From a virus (Duplodnaviria; Heunggongvirae; Uroviricota; Caudoviricetes), in the IMG/VR virus record IMGVR_UViG_3300009008_000023, positions 1-64,000 of that record: DNA of 64,000 bases. One strand, given 5' to 3'. A model generated the notes under the pieces. That model was not told the origin of the DNA. It saw only the letters and a program-made list of their open reading frames with translations, and did not search any database. This document shows, piece by piece, positions 20,083 through 30,336 of this stretch (the stretch's first letter is position 1; each line of letters begins with the position of its first letter). A program made the translations under genes and the position numbers.

Positions 20083-20337
20083 TTGACAGCTTCCTCTAGT
20101 GAAAGGTTAAGTTACATGAGTAAAACGGAGTTTTTGGAACATGCACGGACTGCTGCACGTCGCTTAACCGCAGAAAACGCTGAGATCTCTCTCAAGGAGT
20201 ATGGCACTTCATTAGCTACTGTTGTAGCTTTTGTGGATGAGTGCTGTGTATCGGATTTAAGTAAGGCTAGACCTTTTCTTGGATCCAGGTGCTGTGAACT
20301 ATTGGAACATAAAGGCTTATTTCCAACTGTACACTAA
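20083..20337 (+). CDS. hypothetical protein (84 aa)
   Basis: ORF after promoter motif at 20047; terminator downstream. Confidence 0.3.
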   Translation: MTASSSERLSYMSKTEFLEHARTAARRLTAENAEISLKEYGTSLATVVAFVDECCVSDLSKARPFLGSRCCELLEHKGLFPTVH

Positions 20338-20345
20338 GTGCTTTA

Positions 20346-20374
20346 CTCCCAGGGATGGACTGGGAGTTTTTTAT
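20346..20374 (+). terminator. rho-independent terminator
   Basis: CTCCCAG...CTGGGAG hairpin plus T6. Confidence 0.7.
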
Positions 20375-20408
20375 GTTAAATAATAACAAAAGGAAAATAA
20401 TTTAAATT

Positions 20409-20696
20409 ATGCGAATGACGGATTTTGTTACTAAAAGAGCCGCTTTTCTTTCTCTTTTAAGAGACACGAATGGAACCGAAAAGAAAGCGCGCAAAACGGG
20501 TCAAATGACCAGAAGTGAATTTACCTGCAAGCAAATTGCTAAGAGAAACAAAGTCACCAAAGACAAGTGTACCAAAGGGTATTACAATAGTTTCTGGCAA
20601 GACCAGCTTAAAGCTGGTCGCATTGTTATGGATAATGACATCCCTCGTGTGACTACTGAGGGTACTAAATATATTCGTGAAAATAAAGCATCTTAG
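20409..20696 (+). CDS. hypothetical basic protein (95 aa)
   Basis: ORF; terminator hairpin AAGGAAGC...GCTTCCTT at 20706-20730. Confidence 0.35.
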   Translation: MRMTDFVTKRAAFLSLLRDTNGTEKKARKTGQMTRSEFTCKQIAKRNKVTKDKCTKGYYNSFWQDQLKAGRIVMDNDIPRVTTEGTKYIRENKAS

Positions 20697-20796
20697 CTTT
20701 ATTTTAAGGAAGCTTTTTGCTTCCTTTTATCTTGTATTTTAGTTACAATAATAGTAATACAAAATCTTTTAACTTTTAAACTTAATAGGAGATTAG

Positions 20797-21711
20797 ATGA
20801 AAAATTATACAAGAAGAAATTGGGCTATTATTGCTTTAACAGTAATTGCTTTATTTACAGTATTAACTTTTGTTGATGCTCAAGAATGGCGAGGTAATTA
20901 TCCCACAGCCCTCGTGGCAACAGGATCAAACTTAGAACATCAATGTGTTGTGGATGCAGCGTATTACTATGACTTAATTTTAGTGACTCCCTACTCATAT
21001 CAGTTCATTAAGGATATACCAGAACTTAGAGAAAAGGCCGTACTTTTTATCTCCTATTTCTCTAAGTCCTCATATGATGGAAATAACTATGGAATTTACC
21101 CCAATCCTAAAGATGCGGGCAATGAAGAAATGCGTATTATTTGGGATAGGGAAGCAGGATGGTGGAGTTATGGGTATGCAATAACAGATGAGTGGGTAAG
21201 TACTTTTATTCACTCTGTGTCAACCTGGGTCAACGAAAATAAACCTCGCGGTATTATGCTTGACGATCATACTTTGTCACATCGTTGGTGGAACATTGAT
21301 GAAGATCATTATCAAATGATGCACCCAGAAGACCTTGAAGAAAAAATGATGGCTATTGATATTTGGCTATATGTTGCACTTAAACGCAATAATCCCAATG
21401 CCATATTAATGCTTAATGGTCCTAAAGTACACCCTACTTTACCCACTGTAAGGTATTGGGAAGGTTGTGGAAGACCCTATAACGATTGGGCACTTGAGGT
21501 TTTAATTGAAAAAGAGCCTGGAGATTGGTTCCAAACCAATGACGGTCCTTCTTATAATTGGTTTTTAGCAGGATGGGCTGGTAGATCTTATGGTGATAAC
21601 CCAGTAGCGCTCGGTCGTGCGGATGGGATGCCTCTATGGGAAATAGTTGATGGAGAAGAAAAATTTATTCTTCCGCTTCCTAAAGATTATTATGGGTGGG
21701 AAGAGAAGTAA
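20797..21711 (+). CDS. secreted protein with signal peptide, possible glycoside-hydrolase-like fold
   Basis: Signal peptide MKNYTRRNWAIIALTVIALFTVLTFVDA; Trp/Tyr-rich. Confidence 0.35.
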   Translation: MKNYTRRNWAIIALTVIALFTVLTFVDAQEWRGNYPTALVATGSNLEHQCVVDAAYYYDLILVTPYSYQFIKDIPELREKAVLFISYFSKSSYDGNNYGIYPNPKDAGNEEMRIIWDREAGWWSYGYAITDEWVSTFIHSVSTWVNENKPRGIMLDDHTLSHRWWNIDEDHYQMMHPEDLEEKMMAIDIWLYVALKRNNPNAILMLNGPKVHPTLPTVRYWEGCGRPYNDWALEVLIEKEPGDWFQTNDGPSYNWFLAGWAGRSYGDNPVALGRADGMPLWEIVDGEEKFILPLPKDYYGWEEK

Positions 21712-21714
21712 AAA

Positions 21715-21738
21715 CCAAATTTTGGTATAAGAAGTATG
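21715..21738 (+). promoter_or_regulatory. phage promoter motif (aaattTTGGTATAAGAAGTATG)
   Basis: Consensus match incl. ATG. Confidence 0.6.
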
Positions 21739-21845
21739 TAGTTACAATTTATTAATTGCTTCACTTGAAAGGAGGGACTGGAAGCAATTGATGAAAAGTG
21801 ATTATACTTCTTTACTGTACTCACACCCCATGTTAAAGGAGCGCA

Positions 21846-22133
21846 ATGAGCGAGTTAAGGGAGCGTGCTTCGAATATTACGGGGCGCGCTAAAAGAGAAC
21901 GAAAACGGGAAGAGGCAGAAAAGCGGCAAGCGCGCTATAAAGCCCTCTCGCTCAGAGAAAAGTTTGCCAGAGCTATCACCGCTGATGGTAATTCTGGTAG
22001 AGAGTTAGCTAAGCTAAATCAAAAAGCTCTGAAGCTTTCGGAGGAGGATCAAACCACACTCCGAGAGGGGTTGGTATCTGATCTAGCTGATTTTATGATC
22101 ACAAAACAGCTTGATACTGTACTAAGATTTTAG
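21846..22133 (+). CDS. hypothetical basic protein (95 aa)
   Basis: ORF. Confidence 0.35.
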   Translation: MSELRERASNITGRAKRERKREEAEKRQARYKALSLREKFARAITADGNSGRELAKLNQKALKLSEEDQTTLREGLVSDLADFMITKQLDTVLRF

Positions 22134-22360
22134 TATATTAGATACCAGCCACAAAGAAGGGGTGAGAGATCTACACTCCTTCTTTTACTTTAACAACTGA
22201 GGATCAATGGAAACGCACATACGAAAGCCAAAACGGCTTCGTATTCAGGAGGAAAGTGAGCAAACATACAATCCCAATAACTTCGCAAGACGTCGGATTG
22301 AACAAAATCGCTATAATTCACTTCCTCTATGGAAAAAGTTTTGGGTGAAATTGACACGTA

Positions 22361-22395
22361 AAAATTATCCTTATTAATTGGAATAAGAATAATGA
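22361..22395 (+). promoter_or_regulatory. promoter: TTGACA -35 plus TGGAATAAGAATAATG motif variant
   Basis: TTGACAcgtaaaaattatccttattaatTGGAATAAGAATAATGAGG. Confidence 0.45.
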
Positions 22396-22467
22396 GGAGG
22401 GATAGATATCAAATTTATCGTCCTTTCTCACGAAGACGCGCAGTGGTAACCTTTTGGAGGAACAATC

Positions 22468-22854
22468 ATGAAAAGGACTTCAGTACTTATAACCATTCTC
22501 GTCACAATCATGTTGGCGGGCTGTGGTGGTAATAACTGTACGAATCCGGTCGAACCACCCGAAATAGAATCCGGCGGTATTGACTATGTTGAGCCTTTTA
22601 CAGCTTATGTCACATATACGTGGTACCTGAACGGGGAATACCACATTGAGTGGGATCGTGAGTGTGGTGGTGAGGGATGGACGATGATTCCCGAGCGACT
22701 TCAACCGTGTCCTGACGTAACATTTTACGCCTACCGAGACGGTGACAAGACCTCAATTTGCTCAGATGCACCGCCTTGTGATTCATTAACGCAAGGGCAA
22801 ATTAATGCAATGTACGCCTGGGCGGTTGGGACAGATTCCACTCCATCAGATTAG
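22468..22854 (+). CDS. lipoprotein (128 aa)
   Basis: Lipobox MLAGC after N-terminal signal. Confidence 0.45.
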   Translation: MKRTSVLITILVTIMLAGCGGNNCTNPVEPPEIESGGIDYVEPFTAYVTYTWYLNGEYHIEWDRECGGEGWTMIPERLQPCPDVTFYAYRDGDKTSICSDAPPCDSLTQGQINAMYAWAVGTDSTPSD

Positions 22855-22936
22855 AAACAATAACGAATGTGTTACTTAACCCGCACATCGTGCGGGTTAT
22901 TTTTTTAATTAAAATTTAACAAGAAAGCGAATTAAC

Positions 22937-23308
22937 ATGAAACAATTATTTAGGCATTCTACATTTCCGGAACGACAGAATATAACTCTGCCTGAAACTG
23001 GATTTCGAGCCAATAAAATTCATGGTGTGACAGAATGTATTGCCTTTGAACCAGGCAGTAATCAAGTATTTTATGGTATTGCAGTATGCAGCTATAAAGA
23101 CAAGTACAACGGCACTCGTGGAGAGCAGATTGCAGGTGGACGTGTAGATAAACAGGCATTTGAAAGAAGCCTGTTCGCTACTGACAAAGGTAATCGTCAC
23201 TTTATTATGCTTGATAAGCCTGCGGACCAGTTTAAAAAGAGTGAGCTCTTTGCTGAATTAGATAAAGATTTTACTCCTGAACTTGTTAGGAGAACAAAAA
23301 CTGAGTAA
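22937..23308 (+). CDS. hypothetical protein (123 aa)
   Basis: ORF. Confidence 0.35.
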   Translation: MKQLFRHSTFPERQNITLPETGFRANKIHGVTECIAFEPGSNQVFYGIAVCSYKDKYNGTRGEQIAGGRVDKQAFERSLFATDKGNRHFIMLDKPADQFKKSELFAELDKDFTPELVRRTKTE

Positions 23309-23474
23309 ACATCCGACAGAGCAGGAAATTAAAAAGTGGTGCTCATGTAATATGTGTGGGCATCACTTTATTAAAGCTCCGAAAAAGAGCTCTAACCCCA
23401 TTTTAAAAGGAAAAAGATTTATTTGTCCAGAATGTAAATGGGAAAACACTCGTATGGTTCCAATAAATTATTAA
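23283..23474 (+). CDS. hypothetical zinc-ribbon protein (63 aa)
   Basis: CSCNMCGH...CPECK. Confidence 0.3.
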   Translation: MLGEQKLSKHPTEQEIKKWCSCNMCGHHFIKAPKKSSNPILKGKRFICPECKWENTRMVPINY

Positions 23475-23482
23475 GGAGATAT

Positions 23483-24739
23483 ATGGAATTAGTAATTACA
23501 ACAGAAAAATTTCCAATAAAACTATGGGCACGTGAGTCAGAAATAGAAGAAAGTGCATTACAACAATTAAAAGATGTGGCTAATATGCCATTTATACATA
23601 AGCATATTGCTGTAATGCCTGACGTACATACAGGTCTTGGTGCAACCATTGGGGCTGTTATTCCTACTAATGGAGCAATAATTCCTAGTGCAGTAGGCGT
23701 AGATATTGGGTGTGGTATGCACGCTATCAAACTCAATCTTACGTATAAAGCATTTATTCAACACTTAGTAAATAACGTGTTTCCTAACATTGTTTACAAT
23801 GACGATCTTACTCGCAATCTAATTGAGTCTGCAATTCCGCACGGACGAACAGATTATGGTGGAACAAATGATGTAGGCGCATGGCCAAAACAACGTATTC
23901 CTTTATCTGTAAAGGCAGTATACTATGAGAAACTTAATTTCGAAGTTACGAAGCATGAGATTCTTCGCAGACACCCAGGCTTACTTGCAGGATTTGTTAA
24001 CAGCGTTCGTCATCTTGGCACTCTTGGCACTGGCAATCATTTCATCGAATTAGCTAAAGATGAGAGTGATAGGGTGTGGCTTATTATCCATTCGGGCTCA
24101 CGTGGAATAGGTAATAGAATAGGTACATACTTTATTAAGCTTGCAAAAAAGATTAATAAGAAATGGCATATCGATCTACCTAATCCTGATCTAGCGTACT
24201 TCCCACAAGACACTCAAGAGTTTAAAGACTACTGGGAATGTATGAAGTGGGCACAAAAGTTTGCTCGCCTCAATCGTGAGCTAATGGCACAAAGTGTGCT
24301 AAATGAACTTTGGATAGCTTCTAATGAAATAGAAAAAGAGTATGACTGCCACCATAATTTTGCTGAGTGGGATCACCAAGGGAACACTAATTTTATAGTA
24401 ACACGTAAAGGAGCCACTCGTGCCAAGAAAGACGAGATCGGAATCATCCCTGGTTCAATGGGTGCAAAGTCATATATTGTTACCGGTAAGGGCAACATGG
24501 ATTCTTTTGCTTCTTGTTCTCACGGCGCAGGTAGAAAAATGTCTCGAAAGGTGGCTAACGCTACCTTCACAGCCGAAGACCTGGAAGAACAGACGCGTGG
24601 AGTCTCTTGTAGAAAAGATGGAGACTTATGTGATGAAGCGCCTGGAGCGTACAAGTCAATTGATGAAGTTATATCCTTACAAGAAGATCTAGTTGACATA
24701 AAACATACACTTAAACAGTTTGTTTGTGTGAAAGGCTAG
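23483..24739 (+). CDS. rtcB: RNA-splicing ligase RtcB (3'-phosphate/5'-OH RNA ligase)
   Basis: MPDVHTGLGATIG, GTLGTGNHFIE, CHHNF and SCSHGAGR signature motifs; RBS AAGGAG before ATG 23483. Confidence 0.9.
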   Translation: MELVITTEKFPIKLWARESEIEESALQQLKDVANMPFIHKHIAVMPDVHTGLGATIGAVIPTNGAIIPSAVGVDIGCGMHAIKLNLTYKAFIQHLVNNVFPNIVYNDDLTRNLIESAIPHGRTDYGGTNDVGAWPKQRIPLSVKAVYYEKLNFEVTKHEILRRHPGLLAGFVNSVRHLGTLGTGNHFIELAKDESDRVWLIIHSGSRGIGNRIGTYFIKLAKKINKKWHIDLPNPDLAYFPQDTQEFKDYWECMKWAQKFARLNRELMAQSVLNELWIASNEIEKEYDCHHNFAEWDHQGNTNFIVTRKGATRAKKDEIGIIPGSMGAKSYIVTGKGNMDSFASCSHGAGRKMSRKVANATFTAEDLEEQTRGVSCRKDGDLCDEAPGAYKSIDEVISLQEDLVDIKHTLKQFVCVKG

Positions 24740-24740
24740 T

Positions 24741-25190
24741 ATGGATAACACTGACACAGAAATGAAACGTAAATCAAATAACTTTGCGATTGAACAATTG
24801 AACCAACATCCAGTAAAGTTTACTGTTAATTTTTTAGGTAAGTACTCAGGAGCGTATTTAGATTTAAGTGCTGTTAATAAAGAAGCTGCTGTTTGGCAGA
24901 TAACTTTCTTAGCTCACTTAGTAAATTTCCCTGTACTAGCAATGATGTATGAACAAGATCAATTTACACCGATAATATTTGTTACGCCTTCAGAAACGTT
25001 GCGTGAAAAATATAAGAACATACCCACAAAATTTGATGTGTGGATGAATGACAGAATCCAACAGGGTAACCTCCCAATGGTAATAGAATCAATTGAGTTT
25101 CTAAATGATGAGATTGATAAAGAGTTTGGAAAGCAACCTCGAATGTTTAAAAAAGCTGAAGTTGAGCGTGATCCCAAATGCGAAAATTAA
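24741..25190 (+). CDS. hypothetical protein cotranscribed with rtcB (possible RtcB accessory factor)
   Basis: Start overlaps rtcB stop; no recognised motif. Confidence 0.35.
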   Translation: MDNTDTEMKRKSNNFAIEQLNQHPVKFTVNFLGKYSGAYLDLSAVNKEAAVWQITFLAHLVNFPVLAMMYEQDQFTPIIFVTPSETLREKYKNIPTKFDVWMNDRIQQGNLPMVIESIEFLNDEIDKEFGKQPRMFKKAEVERDPKCEN

Positions 25191-25819
25191 AAATAATCTC
25201 TGGTGGACAAACAGGTATTGACCAAGGTGCGTTAGATGGACTGGTAAGTTTTTCACGAAATCTTATTACTGAAGGATATGATCATTATCTTGATGGTGCA
25301 GACCCTTTACAAATATACGGGATGCTGGGTATTGGAGGGACAGCACCTAAAAATTATATGACAGAAACAGGGCCTGCATTTTTCTTGCAGACTGAGTACA
25401 AACTAAAGGAGTCTTATAGTTCTTACTATCCCGTACGAACTGAACGTAATGTAATTGATGGAGACGGTACATTAGTATTCCAATTTAAAGAATCAAGGGG
25501 TTGTAGACTAACAATTAATTTGTGTAAGAAACACAAAAAACCTTACTTAGTTAGCCCTGAATCAATTGATGAAATCTATAATTGGATAAAAGAAAATAAT
25601 ATAGAAGTTTTAAATGTTGCTGGGCATCGACAAAGCGCTTTTGATAAGCGAGACATGCACTACCATGCCAAAATAAACATTATGAAACTTCTGGGTTATA
25701 TGTACTTTGGCTCTTCATTTATGAAAAGAAGTGAGTTTCAAGGCGCTAGTTCATTACCTTACAAAAAGGAGCCAGACAATGGCAAAACTACAGCCGATGA
25801 TGAAGTTGACAAACATTGA
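25178..25819 (+). CDS. SLOG-family (YpsA/MoCo-carrier-like) nucleotide-binding protein
   Basis: N-terminal ISGGQTGIDQGALD motif characteristic of the SLOG/YpsA fold. Confidence 0.4.
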   Translation: MRKLKIISGGQTGIDQGALDGLVSFSRNLITEGYDHYLDGADPLQIYGMLGIGGTAPKNYMTETGPAFFLQTEYKLKESYSSYYPVRTERNVIDGDGTLVFQFKESRGCRLTINLCKKHKKPYLVSPESIDEIYNWIKENNIEVLNVAGHRQSAFDKRDMHYHAKINIMKLLGYMYFGSSFMKRSEFQGASSLPYKKEPDNGKTTADDEVDKH

Positions 25820-26000
25820 AGTGAAGAATAATAGAGTTGTTGGAACTGATAAAGACGGAACCTCTTGGACTCAATTTTTAAGGTTTCCCAAGACTAAGGG
25901 TATCAAGTGCACGATATGTCGTGAACCTATGGTGGAAGGAAATACGTACTGGCAGGACTCAGCTCGTAATTGCGTGTGTGATCATCACGTTTCGTTTTAG
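25731..26000 (+). CDS. hypothetical Cys/His zinc-binding protein
   Basis: CTICR...CVCDHH; start may be an internal Met. Confidence 0.3.
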   Translation: MSFKALVHYLTKRSQTMAKLQPMMKLTNIEVKNNRVVGTDKDGTSWTQFLRFPKTKGIKCTICREPMVEGNTYWQDSARNCVCDHHVSF

Positions 26001-26169
26001 GAGATTATGACAATCTATATCACGCTATGTGCTTGTGGAAACACACGTACTAGTAAACAGGAACCCAAACACAATGAGCGATGTAAAAAGTGCAAACGTG
26101 TTATTGCTGACATCGAACCTTTTGACGGAACTAAAAAAGAGTTCTTTAGTTTAACGGGAGATGAATTAG

Positions 26170-26406
26170 ATGATTAACAAGATTCATGAGTGGCTCCAGA
26201 AAAAATGGGGCGATAAAGACTACTATAAAGACCTGGCTTTTTGGGGCGTGTGTGTTGTATGCTTGATAGCTCTTTGTGTAGTGGGTCTTTTTATTGCCTT
26301 TGTAGCATGGTCTTTCACCGTTCATTTCATATTTGGATGTGTCGGTATTGTTTTAGGACTATGGCTACTTGCTATAGCACTCTTTAAACTTGCCGAAGAG
26401 CTGTAG
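26170..26406 (+). CDS. small membrane protein
   Basis: Two hydrophobic helices. Confidence 0.35.
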   Translation: MINKIHEWLQKKWGDKDYYKDLAFWGVCVVCLIALCVVGLFIAFVAWSFTVHFIFGCVGIVLGLWLLAIALFKLAEEL

Positions 26407-26577
26407 GAGGTTAAGTGTTTAGACAAATTCATCACTTTATTCAAAAACAAACAGGTGATTACACCTATTACAAAAACCCTCGAAAAATAGGAGAGTGGTT
26501 ATTTTCATTAGTTCTGTTTGTAGCTATAGTTCTTCTTTTGACCTATGGCTTACAGATTGAAGTAATATAAGGAGTAT

Positions 26578-27333
26578 ATGAGTATTAAGTATTTGTCATT
26601 CAGTGGAGCTCAGTCATACGAACACTGTCCAGCACAATTCGCACATAGACGAATCTGGAAAACCCCTATAGACAAAGCTCCGCCGAGTGACCCGATAATC
26701 CTAGGCAATAATTTTCATTCAACAATTCAGAAAGAAGCTGAACTTCAAACACCAATTAAAACAGCTTCCCAAGAAACACAAGAATGTTACAAAGAATTAG
26801 TTGACCTATGGGAAGGCTCACAGAATCAAAAGCGTCTTGATGCCTTAACGCACAAGGTTATGATTCCTGAGTTTGAGTTTAACCTTGTTAATAAACCGTG
26901 GCTCTTTTTAAGAGGGTTTATTGACATAGTGGGAATAGATAAAGATGGTATTTTATCTATTATAGAAATCAAGACTGGTGGAAAGCCTTATCCTAAGAAG
27001 TACATGACTCAGTTAGATCTTTATGTAGCCGTGTGGAATTACATGGTTGCTAATAAGATGCACAAGCCTGAGATGAATGTCTTGGCGACACGTAAAGTGT
27101 TATTAATGGCTACTACCAAAGAACCTCGTAAAATTATTATGAGGGAGTACGAGTTAGAAAAAGAGGATCAGATATCTCAGCTACCTCTGCATAGAATGGA
27201 AAGGGTGTATCAGGCAATTATGAAAGCTATTCAAGAAGACAGCTTTCCTGTTAATCCCGGATTTTTATGTAGTTGGTGTGACTATAAAGATGTTTGTAAA
27301 CCATACGGATCACTCCACAGTTTAACTAAGTAG
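26578..27333 (+). CDS. PD-(D/E)xK nuclease, Cas4/RecB-like with C-terminal Cys cluster
   Basis: GFIDIVGIDKDGILSIIEIKTG core motif; CSWCDYKDVC C-terminal Fe-S-like cluster. Confidence 0.65.
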   Translation: MSIKYLSFSGAQSYEHCPAQFAHRRIWKTPIDKAPPSDPIILGNNFHSTIQKEAELQTPIKTASQETQECYKELVDLWEGSQNQKRLDALTHKVMIPEFEFNLVNKPWLFLRGFIDIVGIDKDGILSIIEIKTGGKPYPKKYMTQLDLYVAVWNYMVANKMHKPEMNVLATRKVLLMATTKEPRKIIMREYELEKEDQISQLPLHRMERVYQAIMKAIQEDSFPVNPGFLCSWCDYKDVCKPYGSLHSLTK

Positions 27334-27340
27334 GTAAATT

Positions 27341-27595
27341 ATGGCAGCTTCATTAGAAGATATTAGACTCTGGCTGAAGTATGCAAAGGATGATCCCAAG
27401 ATCATACATATGATTGTTGTATGTGATACATATGACTACGATGATTATGCTGTATATGTATATGATCACCAGGATGTGCATGATATTGAGCGTGAATGCC
27501 ACAATAAATCTATGCAACGAGTAATGGAAGTATACTCAATGTCAAAAGATTTGGAAGAGCAGCTTGCTAAAGAAAGGTCTTTTAATTATGATTGA
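27341..27595 (+). CDS. hypothetical acidic protein (84 aa)
   Basis: ORF. Confidence 0.35.
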   Translation: MAASLEDIRLWLKYAKDDPKIIHMIVVCDTYDYDDYAVYVYDHQDVHDIERECHNKSMQRVMEVYSMSKDLEEQLAKERSFNYD

Positions 27596-27962
27596 TTGGA
27601 TTAAATGGCGAATTGAGCAATGGATTTCTGACTTCCGTTTTAGAAACAAGTGTATTGCCAAAGCGGAAGCTGACTATATGTATGTAGGTCCTTACTGGGA
27701 TTACTCTTACCATCTTAAGGCCACGTATGAGTTTGTTCAGGGATTCTATGATCGAGCTTTTGGAGACCTTCAAGACGAGTTTTACTCTCTTCGTGATACA
27801 GAAGATGATAAGAAAATGAAAGAACACCTTGAATTAGTTCTGGGTGTCCTTGACAAATGGGTAAATGGTAAGTATACTTTAGCTGAGGAACAAAAGTCTT
27901 GCGAAGAGCTCGTTGAGGCTTATCGCTTACTTAGTAAGTGGATACCTTATATGTGGGATTAA
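27585..27962 (+). CDS. hypothetical protein (about 125 aa)
   Basis: ATG 27585 overlaps upstream stop. Confidence 0.35.
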   Translation: MMIDWIKWRIEQWISDFRFRNKCIAKAEADYMYVGPYWDYSYHLKATYEFVQGFYDRAFGDLQDEFYSLRDTEDDKKMKEHLELVLGVLDKWVNGKYTLAEEQKSCEELVEAYRLLSKWIPYMWD

Positions 27963-27963
27963 A

Positions 27964-28332
27964 ATGAATAAACAATCAATAAAGAGATTTTTTTCATTAT
28001 CTGGTGCCTTTTTATTTTTTGCACTTATACTTAGTGGCTGTATTTATGGTTTATTGGATGAATCAGGGGTAAAAGCTAAAATTACCTATGATAAAGTAAA
28101 TATAGGAAAAGTTTTATCAATAGAGGTAAAACTTAGACATGCAGTCGCTTTTAGTGAATTTACTGAACTTACTTGTGAAAGTGGTTCAGTAGTAATTTGG
28201 GGAGCACCGTTTGTTCCAAAGAACAAAGATGTTATTGTTGTTACTAAAAAAACTATTAGAAGTTCTGGAACCACATTTATAGACCAATATGTTACATGGC
28301 AAGGTGCCCCTAAAAAAATACCATACACCTGA
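27964..28332 (+). CDS. lipoprotein
   Basis: MNKQSIKRFFSLSGAFLFFALILSGC lipobox. Confidence 0.4.
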   Translation: MNKQSIKRFFSLSGAFLFFALILSGCIYGLLDESGVKAKITYDKVNIGKVLSIEVKLRHAVAFSEFTELTCESGSVVIWGAPFVPKNKDVIVVTKKTIRSSGTTFIDQYVTWQGAPKKIPYT

Positions 28333-28438
28333 TTAAACCCTTAAGGAGGTGATGCCTATGTTTGTACCTAAGAGAGATATTCTCACATTGATTGGTATAC
28401 TCGCAACTTTTACAGCTGCAACAATTGTGAGGTTCTAA

Positions 28439-28648
28439 ATGTTTAAAGGCTTTAAAAAGCTGTTTACTAAAAAGGAGACAAAACCACCCTATACTGAGTT
28501 TAAGTTGACACAGGAAGGGGATTTTTGTCTTATTGAAGATCTTGTAACGAATGAAAAGATTATTATTGATTATCCTCCAGACATACAACTAAAGGATATT
28601 AATTTAGAATTACTTCAGGAGTTATTTAGAAACCACCGAAATAATTAA
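28439..28648 (+). CDS. hypothetical protein (69 aa)
   Basis: ORF. Confidence 0.3.
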   Translation: MFKGFKKLFTKKETKPPYTEFKLTQEGDFCLIEDLVTNEKIIIDYPPDIQLKDINLELLQELFRNHRNN

Positions 28649-28649
28649 C

Positions 28650-29102
28650 ATGACAACAGACAAGCGTCCTAGTTGGGACGAAACGTTCATGAACGTAGCG
28701 CTTGAATTTGCGAAACGTTCTAAAGTAGTAAGTACTCAGGTTGGTGCAGTGATTGTAAAGGACAAGCGTATTATCTCTGTCGGTTATAATGGGAAGGCAG
28801 AAGGGAAACCTGACATACGTATTGGCGATTATGAGTTAGATGACTATCATGCAGAGATGAATGCAATAGGATGGAAAGCAAAAGAGGGTGGGGTCGGTCT
28901 AGAGGGCTCTACCATTTATGTTACTGTCGCACCTTGTCTTCATTGTGCAAAGATAATTCATAGAGCTGGAATAGCCAAAGTAGTATGTAAAATGAAAGTA
29001 GCCATTAACCAAGATGCGTGCCCTGATGGAGTACAGCACTTAAGAGACAATGGCATAACCGTAGTAGAGTATAATGACAACGACAGCACAAGCACAACTT
29101 GA
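28650..29102 (+). CDS. dCMP deaminase
   Basis: HAEMNAI zinc-binding motif and PCLHCAKII second motif of cytidine/dCMP deaminase fold. Confidence 0.8.
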   Translation: MTTDKRPSWDETFMNVALEFAKRSKVVSTQVGAVIVKDKRIISVGYNGKAEGKPDIRIGDYELDDYHAEMNAIGWKAKEGGVGLEGSTIYVTVAPCLHCAKIIHRAGIAKVVCKMKVAINQDACPDGVQHLRDNGITVVEYNDNDSTSTT

Positions 29103-29724
29103 AGTAACCCTATTACAAGCTACACCACTATACGTAGCTGCTCGAGCCATAAGGCACAGCAGAGACTCCTTGGACAAACTAGATACTGAACCCAGTTCTA
29201 ATGTCTTAGGAAAAAAAGATAAAAAGTTAGTAAAGCTAATTTTACAAGAGAAGCATGAGAGTACACTTGAACATCTTTATTATTCTTTTGAGATAAACAA
29301 CATCTCTCGTGCATGTTTAATGGAACTAACAAGGCATCGGATTGCGAGCTACACTGTTCGCTCAACTCGCTATACTCTTAAAAAACACAAAGACAAAGAG
29401 TTAGTAGAATTATACCTTTCAACAGGTAATCCAGAGCTTGATCAAGCAGTTGAGTATAGCATTAAGAAAATGCTTAAGCGCTTAAATAATGGACATGGAT
29501 TTACCAATGATGAATTGAAATACTTAATTCCTGAGGCTTGGTCAACGAGCCTTGTGATGAGTATTAATGCAAGAAGTTTTCGAAACTTCCTTAGTCTTAG
29601 ATTGCCTAAATCAGCGTTTGCTGAAATTCGTAAGTTAGCTTATCATATGTATGAGGCTATGCCGCCTGAACATCAGGAGTCGTTGTATACAAATATAGTA
29701 GACGCTTCTGGGTATAAGAATTAA
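29074..29724 (+). CDS. thyX: flavin-dependent thymidylate synthase ThyX
   Basis: ThyX signature RHRIASYTVRSTRY (RHRx7SxRY). Confidence 0.85.
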   Translation: MTTTAQAQLEVTLLQATPLYVAARAIRHSRDSLDKLDTEPSSNVLGKKDKKLVKLILQEKHESTLEHLYYSFEINNISRACLMELTRHRIASYTVRSTRYTLKKHKDKELVELYLSTGNPELDQAVEYSIKKMLKRLNNGHGFTNDELKYLIPEAWSTSLVMSINARSFRNFLSLRLPKSAFAEIRKLAYHMYEAMPPEHQESLYTNIVDASGYKN

Positions 29725-29728
29725 GTAA
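29706..29728 (+). promoter_or_regulatory. phage promoter motif (cttcTGGGTATAAGAATTAAG) overlapping thyX 3' end
   Basis: Motif embedded in last codons (GYKN*) of thyX. Confidence 0.45.
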
Positions 29729-29746
29729 TCTCAGGGAGGAGAGAAA

Positions 29747-30292
29747 ATGACCAGATTTAAAGCAATAATGTTGCTTGTAGCCATGGCTCTCTTCGGCACT
29801 GCTTCTGTCTCTAACGAGATTGAAGTATACATTTGTCAGCCGGAATTAACTTGGGGACTCGATCTTGATTTTCCTGAGTGTGATCGGCTGTACATTCCTA
29901 CAGCAGAGTATGACGTTAAGATTACGGCCTACTCTAGCACAACTGGGCAATGTGATGCAGACCCACATATTACAGCATCTTTGACTAAGCCAGATAGAGC
30001 AACGATCGCGCTTAGTAGGGACTTTCTCAAGAAATTTGAGAAAGAGTACAAAAAGAAAAACCCTAACCATACAGCACCCTTTGATTGGGGTGATATAGTG
30101 TGGATTGATTACGGAAATGGTCGCAGACATGGACCATTTGTCGTAGAGGATACTATGGCAAAGAGAAAGAAAATGTGGGTAGATTTGTGGCACGAGTCCA
30201 CACGAGAAGCGAAAGAACATGGGTTACGGAAAGGAAAATTACTCTCTTATTACCGTGATCCGAATAAATTAATCCTATCGGACCTCATTTGA
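29747..30292 (+). CDS. secreted 3D-domain (MltA/YuiC-like) protein
   Basis: Signal peptide; TAYSSTTGQCDADP...GDIVWIDYGNG...VVEDTMA conserved-Asp pattern of the 3D domain. Confidence 0.5.
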   Translation: MTRFKAIMLLVAMALFGTASVSNEIEVYICQPELTWGLDLDFPECDRLYIPTAEYDVKITAYSSTTGQCDADPHITASLTKPDRATIALSRDFLKKFEKEYKKKNPNHTAPFDWGDIVWIDYGNGRRHGPFVVEDTMAKRKKMWVDLWHESTREAKEHGLRKGKLLSYYRDPNKLILSDLI

Positions 30293-30316
30293 GGTCCGGT
30301 GGGCAACTTTTCTAAT

Positions 30317-30336
30317 TTTTCCGGTATAAGATTTTT
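30317..30336 (+). promoter_or_regulatory. phage promoter motif (tttttCCGGTATAAGATTTTT) driving the 0.9-kb ncRNA locus
   Basis: Consensus core GGTATAAGA preceded by T-tract. Confidence 0.5.
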